Origin: Macrostomum hystrix
Lineage: Eukaryota; Animalia; Platyhelminthes
Direction of reading: 5' to 3'
Length of the DNA: 64,000 nt
NCBI GenBank assembly: GCA_950097015.1
Contig: CATNEN010000038.1
Location: forward strand, 24,056,001-24,120,000
Shown in pieces: positions 12,173-26,542 of this stretch. How positions within the stretch are numbered: position 1 is the stretch's first letter; each line of letters begins with the position of its first letter. Below the pieces are notes generated by a model. It did not search any database. It was not told where the DNA came from and worked only from the letters and a program-made list of their open reading frames with translations. Both the position numbers and the translations under genes were made by a program.

Positions 12173-15100
12173 CTACTCAGCCTGCGGGAACAGGCGCTCT
12201 TCGACGTATTTTAATTGCCAAACTTTGCCAGCCATTCGTTGAAATCTTTCCGACCCCATGATGTCGCGAAGAGCGTCTTCAACATCGTCTGGATCGCGCG
12301 TGGCATCGTCTAAAACTTCGTAGCAGCGTCGAAGCAGCTGCAGGCCCAACTGCTGCAGGCAGTCTCTGCGCAGCTGCACCATTCGGTCGCGCATTCGGCC
12401 AGTTCTACCCAGGGTCTCCTCTTTGGACTCCATGGGGCCCGGCTCGTCAGGATCCTCCTGACCGTTGCTACTGTCAACATTTATGATGGCACCGGCATTG
12501 TCCCGGCCACCGACCGCGCCAGACAGGGTCTGGTTCATGCGTTCAACTAAATCGTCCATCTCTGCTGTCTGCTGCTGCTGCTCACGATCGCCTGAACTGC
12601 TTCGACTGCCACCAGCGTTCAAATCTCGACGACTAGCACAGTAGCCGCCGCTGGAGCCATTGTTAATGCTGTCCCGATTCGACTCGTCCGGTTGAGCATT
12701 CGAAGCGGAGCTAATTGATACCGAGTCCGACTCCGTCTGAGGTTGCTGGCGAGGCTGTTGATTCGTTCCAGGAGTTATTTTATTGTTAGGCAAAAGTGTT
12801 AGCATCACAAGTCCTAAACTATTTGTGCCTTCAAAGAAGACTTAACTAAGTTTACTAAGTTTACTAGACAAAGAGCGTACAATAAACATTTCACAAGATT
12901 CATTGCTTTTTGTAGACAATTCCGAAGCCTTTTAAACTATTCTGAAGCCTTTCAAGACTACTCTGAAGCCTTTCAAACGATTCTGAAGCCGTTCAAACGA
13001 TTCTGAAGCCTTTCAAGGCTATTCTGAAGTCTTTCAAGACTGTTCTAAAGACTTTCAGGACTATTCTGAAGCCTTTCAAAACTATTCTGAAGCCGTTCAA
13101 ACGATTCTGAAGCCTTTCAGACATTTAGAACACTCTCGAGCATATAGATAAGTTGTTATAAACAGCTCTCATAAACAGTTGTTATAAAGACCTTCAAGAG
13201 GACTTCAAATATTTTTTTAGACAATTGTTAAAGAGTAAAGAGCAATTTTTTATGTAGTTTAAAACCCAATAAAAGTAGTCTAACCGCCGGAAGAGTAATT
13301 AAAAATACTCATAGCGCCCATGGCTAGCTGAAAATGTTGCAAAACTCACCGACAGTCTAGGATTCGCCGTATTAGGCCTACGCTGCTTCTGCTTGAGTAC
13401 CAGCGACTGTAGACTCGAATACTGCTCGGAGTTTGTAAATGCTGCGCAAAAACGAAAGGAATAAAAAAGATTTCTGTTTTTGCTACTGAATCATGCATCA
13501 TTTAGTTTTTATTTTATGTACCGAAATTAGAACAAGCGCACTTTGAAAATGCTACAATTTTTAACTTAAAAACTGTCTTACCGGGCGAATTAAGTCCCAG
13601 ATGCTCTCGCCTTCGCCGCCTCGCCGCCGTATTAACTCGTAGCGGCGAAGCTTCAACTCCGGAAGCAGCGGAGGCATTATTGGCAGCGGCGGCGGCAGCT
13701 GCAGACACTGGCAACGCTGATGCGGCTTCAACATCCGCCTTTTCAGCGCAATCCTTGGCTGACGGCGTAGCCGGAGCCGACGAAGACGACGAGGAAGGTG
13801 ACGCTGAACGCCTAGACGATGATTTAAATGCGGCAGCCGCTGCGGCGGCAGCTGGCGTTGGCGCTGGCGATGCAGCGGGGGGTCTCGGCGGGCGTCTCTC
13901 CTGCTGCGGCTCCACATGCTGAATTGGGGACTGCTGCTGCTGCTGCTGTGGAGGTTGCAGAGGAGGTGGCTGCTGCTGAAGCGGCTGCCGCGCGGCTCCG
14001 CTAGGCGCGGTGCGAGGTCGACGAGTGCTTTCTAGAAACAGCTGAATGCTTCGCCGAATAAAAGGATCCCGCAAGATTCTATTAACCGATGGCCGCTTCT
14101 CTGGATTCAAATTGAGCATGCTGCGAATGAGATCCAATAGTTCGCTGCTGTATTGCATAGGCATATCTGGCATGCGACCCTTTAGGATCTTGTAGGATAA
14201 TGAGCTGAAGTCACGCGCGTTAAACGCGTGCTTCAGTGTGGCCATCTCGTAGACGCAGCAGCCAAGAGCCCACACGTCCGACTTGATTGCGGGAAAAGTT
14301 TGTTAAAATATTGTCAGTTAATGAGTCAACATCAGTCTTAAAAGAAATTGACCGCCTAGATTGTACTCAACGATAAATAATTCAGGTCTACAGTGACCAC
14401 TTATTATCACCTACTTCAGGCCTACAGTGACCACTAATCATCACCTACTTCAGGCCTACAGTGACCACTAATCATCACCTAATTCAGGCCTACAGTGACC
14501 ACTAATCATCACCTACTTCAGGCCTACAGTGACCACTAATCATCACCTACTTCAGGCCTACAGTGACCACTAATCATCACCTACTTCAGGTCTACAGTGA
14601 CCACTAATCATCACCTACTTCAGGCCTACAGTGACCACTAATCATCACCTACTTCAGGCCTACAGTGACCACTAATCATCACCTACTTCAGGCCTACAGT
14701 GACCACTAATCATCACCTACTTCAGGCCTACAGTGACCACTAATCATCACCTACTTCAGGCCTACAGTGACCACTAATCATCACCTACTTCAGGCCTACA
14801 GTGACCACTAATCATCACCTACTTCAGGCCTACAGTGACCACTAATCATCACCTACTTCAGGCCTACAGTGACCACTAATCATCACCTACTTCAGGCCTA
14901 CAGTGACCACTAATCATCACCTACTTCAGGCCTACAGTGACCACTAATCATCACCTACTTCAGGCCTACAGTGACCACTAATCATCACCTAATTCAGGCC
15001 TACAGTGACCACTAATCATCACCTACTTCAGGCCTACAGTGACCACTAATCATCACCTACTTCAGGCCTACAGTGACCACTAATCATCACCTACTTCAGG

Positions 15101-17575
15101 CCTACAGTGACCACTAATCATCACCTACTTCAGGCCTACAGTGACCACTAATCATCACCTACTTCAGGCCTACAGTGACCACTAATCATCACCTACTTCA
15201 GGCCTACAGTGACCACTAATCATCACCTACTTCAGGCCTACAGTGACCACTAATCATCACCTACTTCAGGCCTACAGTGACCACTAATCATCACCTACTT
15301 CAGGCCTACAGTGACCACTAATCATCACCTACTTCAGGCCTACAGTGACCACTAATCATCACCTACTTCAGGCCTACAGTGACCACTAATCATCACCTAC
15401 TTCAGGCCTACAGTGACCACTAATCATCACCTAATTCAGGCCTACAGTGACCACTAATCATCACCTACTTCAGGCCTACAGTGACCACTAATCATCACCT
15501 ACTTCAGGCCTACAGTGACCACTAATCATCACCTAATTCAGGCCTACAGTGACCACTAATCATCACCTACTTCAGGCCTACAGTGACCACTAATCATCAC
15601 CTACTTCAGGCCTACAGTGACCACTAATCATCACCTACTTCAGGCCTACAGTGACCACTAATCATCACCTAATTCAGGCCTACAGTGACCACTAATCATC
15701 ACCTACTTCAGGCCTACAGTGACCACTAATCATCACCTACTTCAGGCCTACAGTGACCACTAATCATCACCTACTTCAGGCCTACAGTGACCACTAATCA
15801 TCACCTACTTCAGGCCTACAGTGACCACTAATCATCACCTACTTCAGGCCTACAGTGACCACTAATCATCACCTACTTCAGGCCTACAGTGACCACTAAT
15901 CATCACCTACTTCAGGCCTACAGTGACCACTAATCATCACCTACTTCAGGCCTACAGTGACCACTAATCATCACCTAATTCAGGCCTACAGTGACCACTA
16001 ATCATCACCTACTTCAGGCCTACAGTGACCACTAATCATCACCTACTTCAGGCCTACAGTGACCACTAATCATCACCTACTTCAGGCCTACAGTGACCAC
16101 TAATCATCACCTACTTCAGGCCTACAGTGACCACTAATCATCACCTACTTCAGGCCTACAGTGACCACTAATCATCACCTACTTCAGGCCTACAGTGACC
16201 ACTAATCATCACCTACTTCAGGCCTACAGTGACCACTAATCATCACCTACTTCAGGCCTACAGTGACCACTAATCATCACCTACTTCAGGCCTACAGTGA
16301 CCACTAATCATCACCTACTTCAGGCCTACAGTGACCACTAATCATCACCTACTTCAGGCCTACAGTGACCACTAATCATCACCTACTTCAGGCCTACAGT
16401 GACCACTAATCATCACCTACTTCAGGCCTACAGTGACCACTAATCATCACCTACTTCAGGCCTACAGTGACCACTAATCATCACCTACTTCAGGCCTACA
16501 GTGACCACTAATCATCACCTACTTCAGGCCTACAGTGACCACTAATCATCACCTACTTCAGGCCTACAGTGACCACTAATCATCACCTACTTCAGGCCTA
16601 CAGTGACCACTAATCATCACCTACTTCAGGCCTACAGTGACCACTAATCATCACCTACTTCAGGCCTACAGTGACCACTAATCATCACCTACTTCAGGCC
16701 TACAGTGACCACTAATCATCACCTACTTCAGGCCTACAGTGACCACTAATCATCACCTACTTCAGGCCTACAGTGACCACTAATCATCACCTACTTCAGG
16801 CCTACAGTGACCACTAATCATCACCTACTTCAGGCCTACAGTGACCACTAATCATCACCTAATTCAGGTCTACGGAAAGCGATTATGGTCTACGGTGACT
16901 AATGCTTATAATCTACAAAAGCGATTATGGTTCTTAAGATACTCGCGATTTTAATATAAAACTTAGTCTCGGAAATGAATTCATTAAGTAATTTACAACT
17001 CTAGACACCAAACAGAAGCTCACCTTGTGATTGTAGGGCTTGTTAGAAAATAGTTCCGGACTCATATAGTATGGAGTACCGATTAGAGTCTTAGCCATAT
17101 CATTAGACGAATCCAGAACCCTAGCAATGCCCAAATCGCCAACCTTAATAATCTTCGATCTGGTCAGAAAGATGTTTTGAGTCTTTAAATCACGATGTAG
17201 AATATTTCTCTCGTGCATATACTGCAGAGCCATGGCAATCTGGACAAACCATTCAACGATTTGTCTCTCCGGCAGTGGCACACCCTTCTGCTCTTTGAGC
17301 TTTGTATAAACATCGCCACCTTCACAATAGGCCATCACAATGTACAAGATGCCATCTAATTCGAAAGAATCCCTGTAACCAACAATGTTGGGATGCTTTA
17401 GCTGTGACAGCAGCTTGCACTCCTGCTCAGCACTTTTGCGCTCCTTCTGGCCAGCATTAACCAGACTGATTCGCTTCAGCACATATTGTCGCCGATCTTT
17501 GCGATGCTTGGATAGCCACACCTCACCATAGCTGCCCTTGCCAATCTGCTTTAGCAACTGGTACTCGCCTAGCAT
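12173..17575 (-). CDS. NEK4: NIMA-related kinase NEK4 orthologue; coding exons 17575-17024, 14281-13582, 13441-13350 and about 12754-12173
   Basis: GKGSYGEV, EWFVQIAMALQY, HRDLKTQNIFLT, KVGDLGIARVL and IGTPYYMSPELFSNKPYNHK|SDVWALGCCVYEMATLKHAFNA match NEK4. The C-terminal LGLQLLRRCYEVL...KVWQLKYVEE resembles the NEK4 tail. GT-AG junctions are phase-compatible; the last acceptor is approximate. Confidence 0.92.
12920..13122. repeat. Degenerate 20-bp minisatellite (TTCTGAAGCCTTTCAAACGA) in the last NEK4 intron
   Basis: About ten imperfect tandem units. Confidence 0.85.
14381..16872. repeat. 34-bp minisatellite (TTCAGGCCTACAGTGACCACTAATCATCACCTAC) filling the NEK4 intron 14282-17023
   Basis: Roughly 73 near-identical units; the main variant is CCTAAT for CCTACT. 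Confidence 0.97.
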
Positions 17576-19420
17576 AGATTGCAACACCTGTAATTATGCA
17601 TTTTTAAATGTCAACATCAATAACAGTCATTTGTTGCTAGAATGCACTATGGGTGTTAATCTTTCAGCAACAGTAATATGAATATTTGGAAGTTAAGGTT
17701 CGTCATTAGTTCAACCATGCACACAAATTAATGTGTATGCATCTGATAGGTACTAAAAGTTTGTAAAAGTGTCTCAGTTTGAACTAGGCAGTTAAGTTTT
17801 GCTTGCCGAAGTGTGTAAAGAACAATTCACATACTAGCTAATTGAGGCATGCATTTAAGAACTTATGTGGCAAGAACTATGTCAATTGAATTCAACTATG
17901 TAGCATTTAGTATTTAATTCTAATCAATATATTATAGAGAATATAGACAATATACTACTGTCTTGTCTACTGTTTTTTGTTATTAATCCATGCTATTTCA
18001 ATAAAAAGATTTGAACTTCCTTTTTTAAATTTGGCAAGCACTCTACAATTGAAAAGAGACAAAATCTGATGACACATGCCTAATTCAAATTTTTTTCTAT
18101 CATAAAGTCTAAAAAAGCTTTGTTAGGCTTATAAAAGACAATAAAACTCTTTATACCATCTAGAGCAAAGAAAATCTAAAATTTTAGAAATTTGTTATTA
18201 CACTGTACTATACTAGGTATAGCATGTACAGTTGCTTTTAAATACTATATTTTGGTTTTTTAGTCTTACAATAAATAAAGATTTATTGTAAAGTAATCTA
18301 TGAATAATGCCTATTTAAAGTCATTATTTAGGTACATTAAGTACAAATATGAATAGGGCCTAAGTACAAATATGAATAGGGCCTAGCTAATAGAAGCAAA
18401 ATCATTAGATCTACACTGAAGAATAATATAGAATTCCATTAGACTAAATTGTTACAAATAGGTAAATCTTAATAATCTTAGGTAATCTCAGGTAAATAGG
18501 TAATCTTAGTAAAATGAGTTTATCAACTGCCATGCTTGCAGCAGGTAACTAATGTCCCCATAGCCATAATTTCTCCATTTTTTCTAGCAAACTAATTACA
18601 TTCTTTTGAGAAAATAACAATGTTTTCTATTAGCATAGTTTTCTATTATTGCTATCATCATGTTGTTTTATATAATCAACTCCTTACAGGAAAAATGACC
18701 TATTTGCTAACAATGCTGCTGTTTTAGCTATCAAGGAAAGAACTGACAAACTTTTATAAAATTCTGTCTTTGTTAAAGTTTAAGGATTACAATTTAAATT
18801 TAAAGTAAAGTCTTTACTTTTTCTTTTCTTATCTTTTCTTTCTAATGATGATCCACCTTTCTTTTCTCTTTTTTTGGTTTTGGCCATAGACCATAGTCTG
18901 GATCATGTTGGCTGCACACCAGAAGAAAAATTGTGAAAAATTTGTTTGCACACCAAGGATGCTGAGTTTTTTCACATTGCACGCCAGTCCACTCCAATGT
19001 GGTACATCATATAATTTGTATAAAAAGACATAACATCTTTTTTGCTTTAAAGAGACAAACTGACTTCCATTTTTGTATTCAACGAAAAGCAATATCTTAA
19101 GGAACAATTTAACTATTTATAGTATTTATAGCCCAATTTACAAAACGTAAAAATATTTTTACAGATAATATAACATTTTGTTTTAGTAATGCAAAGTCTG
19201 TTAAATAATTGGTTGATATTTGTAATTGTAGATATATACATGAAACACACATTTGATCTTTTTTAAAATGCAATGTTCGAGTGCACTCTATACCATCTCC
19301 ATGCACGCCAAAATGTATGCCAACCCTTAAAATATATACCAATGCACACCACACATGCCAGCTGAAAACAAATGCATGCTGGAAAATTCTGGCGTGCACT
19401 ACATGATACAGACCATGGGC

Positions 19421-19690
19421 CATACATGCGCAACACCCGGCGGACCCGGCCGAACTGGCTGGGTGAAACAAGGGCCAAGCAAGGTAAGTCGCAAAAACCA
19501 ATTGACCAAGCGCAAAAAATCAAAGGGGGGACCAAGGGACAAAAAAGGAAGGCATGAAGAAAAGGAAAAAGGGGAGAGAAAAAGAGAGCAAACTAATCCC
19601 TAAATAGAGCAATGAAACAAACTAAGTCGCAAATGAGAGCAAAAACTAAGTTGCATGGCCGGCTAAGATTTAGGAGGTTGCGCATATATG
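19421..19690. mobile_element. hAT-type MITE
   Basis: 14-bp TIRs CATACATGCGCAAC / GTTGCGCATATATG (13 of 14 match) flanked by the 8-bp direct repeat CCATGGGC at 19413-19420 and 19691-19698. Confidence 0.75.
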
Positions 19691-22600
19691 CCATGGGCCA
19701 TAGAGAACCATACATTACAATATCACTAAAAACACACAATAATAAATTCACTTACATAATTTACTTACTTGCTAAGAAAAGTTAGATCTTTTGTAAAACA
19801 ACTACACATGTGAAACCAAAGGATTGCTTCATTTTTCATTAAAGTAAAATTTTCTAGGGCATAATCTATTATAATATTTGTATGAAGTTCATGGACATTA
19901 GCTAGGAACTATAAAAGTTTTGCTCAAAAGAATGCCACATATGACAAGCTAATATCAGCTTTGGCCTATGTATCCCTATAGGGTAGGAAAAAAATGATAT
20001 TGGGGTGCTGCAACACACCACCAAACTGAGCCACTTAATAGAACTGCACCAACTACAATTTTCAAAATTACACTAGACAGTGTCTGCAAATATTATTTTT
20101 TATGTTGGGATTTATAGGATTCTATAGAGCTCTATATTTCAAACAGTGAGCTGGCATAAAGCAAAGCCTAATTTACAGATATTTTCTGATTTAAAAAAGT
20201 TTAATTAAACAATAATAATAAAGTCTTAAAGACAATAAAACATAAAAAATTAAACCACAAGACAAAAAAGTACATCAAAAATATAATTGCTTTACTTTAC
20301 ATTCTTAATTCTAGAAGTTTTTTTTTTAGTTTACTATCAAACTAAAACAGAATTATTGCTAAATAATGTTAATAAACCACTTATGTCTTAGGCCTATCCA
20401 TGACTCCATGAACTGATGTTGACACTTGCAGAATAGGGCCAAAATGCAAAGCAAAAAATTCCTTGCTAGTTGTATTACGATTAGTATAATTACTATCATT
20501 ATTACTATCAATGATGATGAAATTAACTATTATTACTATAGACTATAGCATTTATCACCTATCAGCTGATAGCTGATTGTAATTAAGAGACCAGCAATGG
20601 CAATTGCAATTATGATTAGGGCCTATGTTATGATAAGCAGTTACATTTAAAACTAGTAATAGTGGCCAAGCCTAAACAATCCTAGGGCCTAGCTAGAATT
20701 AGGCCCTAGCCCTAGTGTCATCCTGTTATGTACATTAAGTCATAGGCTTAGCCTAAGAGAAGCTACAGCTACGAGCCAGCAAGCCTGCTGACTCTACTAT
20801 CAATAATTGCATAAACTAGCTCGACTACCAGATTGCAGATTAGCAAGATTTGATGTCAGCCTGCTGCGGGTGATTCAGCATGTTTCATTAAAATGTGTTG
20901 AGAACAGTTGCAAGAATGGCAGTGTAGTTGTTAAAAGGGTAGAAAAGTTTTGCTGAGAGTGAGTCAGTTAGTTATAGCAGCTGAGCTACTCATTTGTTAA
21001 ATATACATTCGAATTTTTTCATTTTTATTTTATCTGCTACATAACAAATAAGTGTCAAATAACTAATCATCCAACGATTAGAACAGATTAATTTTCTGTT
21101 TTTGACTAATGAAAAAATACTGTCTTGAGTAGCTTTCACATACTGTAAAAACTTCACCAGAAAGCTATTTGTTGCAATTGTAATAAATTGATGTTGTCAA
21201 TGTCGTCAATGTAAATGCTGCAATAATTATGCTATCTCTTGGAATTAGTCCCCATTTGCATTTTGCAATAGATGCTAAAATAGATGTCGAAAACCTTTCT
21301 TCGTGTGTAATCAGTGCCTGATTTGCCTCCTTAATTATTATTTGATTAAGTATTTTAATAAGAATCCATAAAGACCACAATGCTCGATTAGAGAGAGTTT
21401 AATTTCTCGTTTGGCTATACCTAATTGATATTATAAAATTATTTTTGCGTAGCCCTGGGCCCTAAGAAAACTAACCTAGTTGTAATTAGGCCCAACAATT
21501 AGGCCTATAACTAGAACTTCGGAATCATGTGCAAATTAGCAAGCTTCTATACTAATCATTTATCCAATAAATATATAGGCCCTATAATATAGCTAGGCCT
21601 CTAGCTCTAGGTATAGGAAGTGCTTATTCCCACGGTCCCGTGCCAATAATTTCAATTTTATCCACACGGATCCGTGCCGATAATTTTCTGCTTATCCACA
21701 TGGCAGCTTGTATGAATAGGCCTAGTATGAATTATTATGCTAGGTACTATACATACAATAAAAATTTTATGATAAAGTAGAGTGAACACTAGGCCTAAAA
21801 TGTTTCTTTTGCACATTTGAAAGTTAAGCACATTTTGCACACAAAATGAAGCAGATGACACTGATGCATGCCAGAATTTTTGGGCATATAGTACAAAAAA
21901 TGACTAGGCCCTAGTATTAGCAGCTAGGCCTATAATAAAGTAGGCCATGTTTTTGCTATGGTAGCTAGGCCTAGCTTCTGTAGCAATAAGACCTGATTAT
22001 AAGTATGGAAGACTAGACTGATAGGCTCCTTGCTCTACATTAATTCTGTGCCAGTTGTAACTTGTAAAGCAGTTATAATTACTGAGGGGTAGACTTAAAA
22101 ATACAACACATGCCAAAGGCAGCTATAACAGGCACTGCATGTGTAGTCGCCTATATTGTATAATGGTTACTATATGTATCAGATGCTCTATGCAGGGGCC
22201 AAAAAAGCTTGTTTTTTTTAGAAAAAGTAGGCCTCATATAGCAGAATAAGTTTGTATTATCTAAAATCTTATAGTCATTGGTTGTTTTCAATTGGCTTTC
22301 CTAGAAATAGAAACTTAAAAGTTGGCACTCTGGCACAAGTATATTAAGGGCTATCCAAGATAAAAATAGGCCACAGCCACAATATTGGGCAACATTTGTT
22401 TAAGGTTGTGATGTATTACATTTAATAATTATCATGTTTCACAAATAATAGGCTAGAGCACAGTTCTAGACAATGATTCTATGCTCTTAGCCAATTTTAG
22501 CCTGCTGGAATAGAAATGCTAGCTAGACATTTTTGGGCTTTGGGATCACTAAAATAACTAGCTAATCATCAGAGCTTTGTTTATGTAGGCAATAAGCAAT

Positions 22601-22998
22601 TGTTATATTTTTAAAAAATTTACAACTTTATTTTGTTATTTACAAATTATCTACTTTGATTGCAACTTTGTTTAGTTAACCTCATTGAATATGGTATCAA
22701 TATAACAAATTTTTGACTATTTGTCAGTGGTCTTTTTGGCAGCATGCAAGGAATAGTTGCAAAAGTATGAGGCGTAATATTTTATAAAAAGTTTATAATT
22801 TACTCATACATGGTTGTGAATTGTGAGTTAGACTTTGGATGTTGTAAAGACTAGGCCTAACTAGTAGCAGAGTTAGACCTCAACTGCCTAAGAATCTGGG
22901 AGCTGATCTTAAGTATCAGCCTTGCATACCTCTGCTCTGTATCTCAAAAGTTCATTATTAGATTTATAAATTTCTCTTTTCCAGACTGAAAGTCACCT

Positions 22999-24886
22999 AT
23001 CTCTGCATCTGTATGCTACCCAGATAAGGAATCACTGCAGCTCATCCCATCTACATCTGTATGCTACTCAGATAAGGAATCACTGCAGCTCATCCCATCT
23101 ACATCTGTATGCTACTCAGATAAGGAATCACTGCAGCTCATCCCATCTCTGCATCTCTATGCTACTCAGATAAGGAATCACTGCAGCTCATCCCATCTCT
23201 GCATCTCTATGCTACTCAGATAAGGAATCACTGCAGCTCATCCCATCTCTGCATCTCTATGCTACTCAGATAAGGAATCACTGCAGCTCATCCCATCTCT
23301 GCATCTCTATGCTACTCAGATAAGGAATCACTGCAGCTCATCCCATCTCTGCATCTGTATGCTACTCAGATAAGGAATCACTGCAGCTCATCCCATCTCT
23401 ACATCTGTATGCTACTCAGATAAGGAATCACTGCAGCTCATCCCATCTCTGCATCTGTATGCTACTCAGATAAGGAATCACTGCAGCTCATCCCATCTCT
23501 GCATCTGTATGCTACTCAGATAAGGAATCACTGCAGCTCATCCCATCTCTACATCTGTATGCTACTCAGATAAGGAATCACTGCAGCTCATCCCATCTCT
23601 GCATCTCTATGCTACTCAGATAAGGAATCACTGCAGCTCATCCCATCTCTGCATCTGTATGCTACTCAGATAAGGAATCACTGCAGCTCATCCCATCTCT
23701 ACATCTGTATGCTACTCAGATAAGGAATCACTGCAGCTCATCCCATCTCTGCATCTGTATGCTACTCAGATAAGGAATCACTGCAGCTCATCCCATCTCT
23801 ACATCTGTATGCTACTCAGATAAGGAATCACTGCAGCTCATCCCATCTCTACATCTGTATGCTACTCAGATAAGGAATCACTGCAGCTCATCCCATCTCT
23901 GCATCTCTATGCTACTCAGATAAGGAATCACTGCAGCTCATCCCATCTCTATCTGTATGCTACTCAGATAAGGAATCACTGCAGCTCATCCCATCTCTGC
24001 ATCTCTATGCTACTCAGATAAGGAATCACTGCAGCTCATCCCATCTCTGCATCTGTATGCTACTCAGATAAGGAATCACTGCAGCTCATCCCATCTCTGC
24101 ATCTGTATGCTACTCAGATAAGGAATCACTGCAGCTCATCCCATCTCTGCATCTGTATGCTACTCAGATAAGGAATCACTGCAGCTCATCCCATCTCTGC
24201 ATCTGTATGCTACTCAGATAAGGAATCACTGCAGCTCATCCCATCTCTATCTGTATGCTACTCAGATAAGGAATCACTGCAGCTCATCCCATCTCTACAT
24301 CTGTATGCTACTCAGATAAGGAATCACTGCAGCTCATCCCATCTCTGCATCTGTATGCTACTCAGATAAGGAATCACTGCAGCTCATCCCATCTCTATCT
24401 GTATGCTACTCAGATAAGGAATCACTGCAGCTCATCCCATCTCTGCATCTGTATGCTACTCAGATAAGGAATCACTGCAGCTCATCCCATCTCTACATCT
24501 GTATGCTACTCAGATAAGGAATCACTGCAGCTCATCCCATCTCTGCATCTGTATGCTACTCAGATAAGGAATCACTGCAGCTCATCCCATCTCTGCATCT
24601 GTATGCTACTCAGATAAGGAATCACTGCAGCTCATCCCATCTCTACAACTCTATGCTACTCAGATAAGGAATCACTGCAGCTCATCCCATCTCTGCATCT
24701 GTATGCTACTCAGATAAGGAATCACTGCAGCTCATCCCATCTCTGCATCTCTATGCTACTCAGATAAGGAATCACTGCAGCTCATCCCATCTCTACAACT
24801 CTATGCTACTCAGATAAGGAATCACTGCAGCTCATCCCATCTCTGCATCTGTATGCTACTCAGATAAGGAATCACTGCAGCTCATA
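22999..24886. repeat. 50-bp minisatellite (GCTACTCAGATAAGGAATCACTGCAGCTCATCCCATCTCTGCATCTGTAT)
   Basis: About 38 tandem units; variation is confined to one short segment. Confidence 0.97.
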
Positions 24887-25734
24887 TCATCTGTTCATTT
24901 CGCATTCTCTTCATTTTATTATTTTCTAGTTAATCCAGTCTGTAAATCGTCTATCAATCACCTTGTATTTTGCTTAGTAAAACACCAACGATTGAAATGA
25001 ATAAGAAGTTTAAAAATACGAGCTACAATGCAAAGATCTGTAAACTTCTTTTCTTCTGTCTAAACTGGTACATTCGTTATCTCACCTGCTGAAGTGCTTT
25101 TTTTCTTATGCACCTATTTAGATAGTGCTGTAGGAGTGAGAAATAAGCCCCCTCCCCCTATTCGTTTGCGTTTGTTGAACGCACAGTCTTTGCTCTGGCT
25201 TGCCTTTTATGTACACATGACAGCTTTTGCACACACTTTATTAGAACACTATTTAATCGCATTCATTCTTTGCAGGTTATTCTCTGAGTCGGGTGTGGAT
25301 CACATTGGCAGTTTGACTAGTTGGTTCTCTTTCTTTGCTTGTTCAAGTTTTCTTTTGGTAGCTAGTGATTAAAGTTTGTTAGCTGAGTGAACAGCTCATT
25401 TTCAGTCCATGTCTATGCGAATTAAACAAGCCTCCATTGTGTACCAACCGTGACTGGCACTTTCCTGTTGGCAAAGTACATTCTCTAATTTGTACTCGTA
25501 TGTTATCGCGTTGCACTCATGTCTTGTTTCTTAACTGCTTTGAGTGCTCTTTTAAAATCTTGTCAGAGATTTAGAAGCACGGTAGCTTCTGTTATAAAGG
25601 ACATTTTATTCTGGAAATGATATGATACAACATTTTTATTCGTAGCTCTCTATTTGTTGTTAAAAGCACGTTCTATTTGCTATAAAAGGTTATGATTGGC
25701 TTTTAAAGCTAGCTAGCAATTCAGAGTGTAATTA

Positions 25735-26389
25735 CGCCAGCTATCAAGGTATTTTTAGGCCAGCTATCAATGTGTTATTAGGCCAGCTATCAACGTGTTA
25801 TTCGGCCAGCTATCAATGTGTTATTAGGCCAGCTATCAATGTATTATTAGGCCAGCTATCAATATGTTATTAGGCCAGCTATCAATGTGTTATTAGGCTA
25901 GCTATCAAAGTGTTATTAGGCCAGCTATCAATGTGATATTAGGCCAGCTATCGATGTGTTATTAGGCGAGCTATCAAAGTGTTATTAGGCCAGCTATCAA
26001 TGTGTTATTAGGCCAGCTATCAAAGTGTTATTAGGCCAGCTATCAAAGTGTTATTAGGCCAGCTATCAATGTGTTATTAGGCTAGCTATCAATGTGTAAT
26101 TAGGCCAGCTATCATTGTGTTATTAGGCTAGCTATCAATGTGTTATTAGGCCAGCTATCAAAGTGTTATTAGGCCAGCTATCAATGTTTTATTAAGCCAG
26201 CTATCAAAGTTTTATTCGGCCAGCTATCAACGTGTTATTAGGCCAGCTATCAATGTGTTATTAGGCCAGCTATCAATCTGTTATTAGGCCAGCTATCAAA
26301 GTGTTATTAGGCCAGCTATCAATGTGTTATTAGGCCAGCTATCAATGTGTTATTAGGCCAGCTATTAATGTGATATTAGGCCAGCTATC
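25735..26389. repeat. 23-bp minisatellite (GGCCAGCTATCAATGTGTTATTA)
   Basis: Direct tandem repetition ending about 150 bp before the ATG at 26543. Confidence 0.95.
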
Positions 26390-26542
26390 TAAGTTCATAT
26401 TTAAGGTCCAACAACCTTACAGCCCGCGGCCAACCGAAATCTGATGTGCCGCCCCAGAAGCAGCCACAGCTGCACTTTTGAAAAAGCATTATCTTAGCTA
26501 GTTAGTCCACAGCGGATTATCGGCTGCCCACTGGCCTTAATC

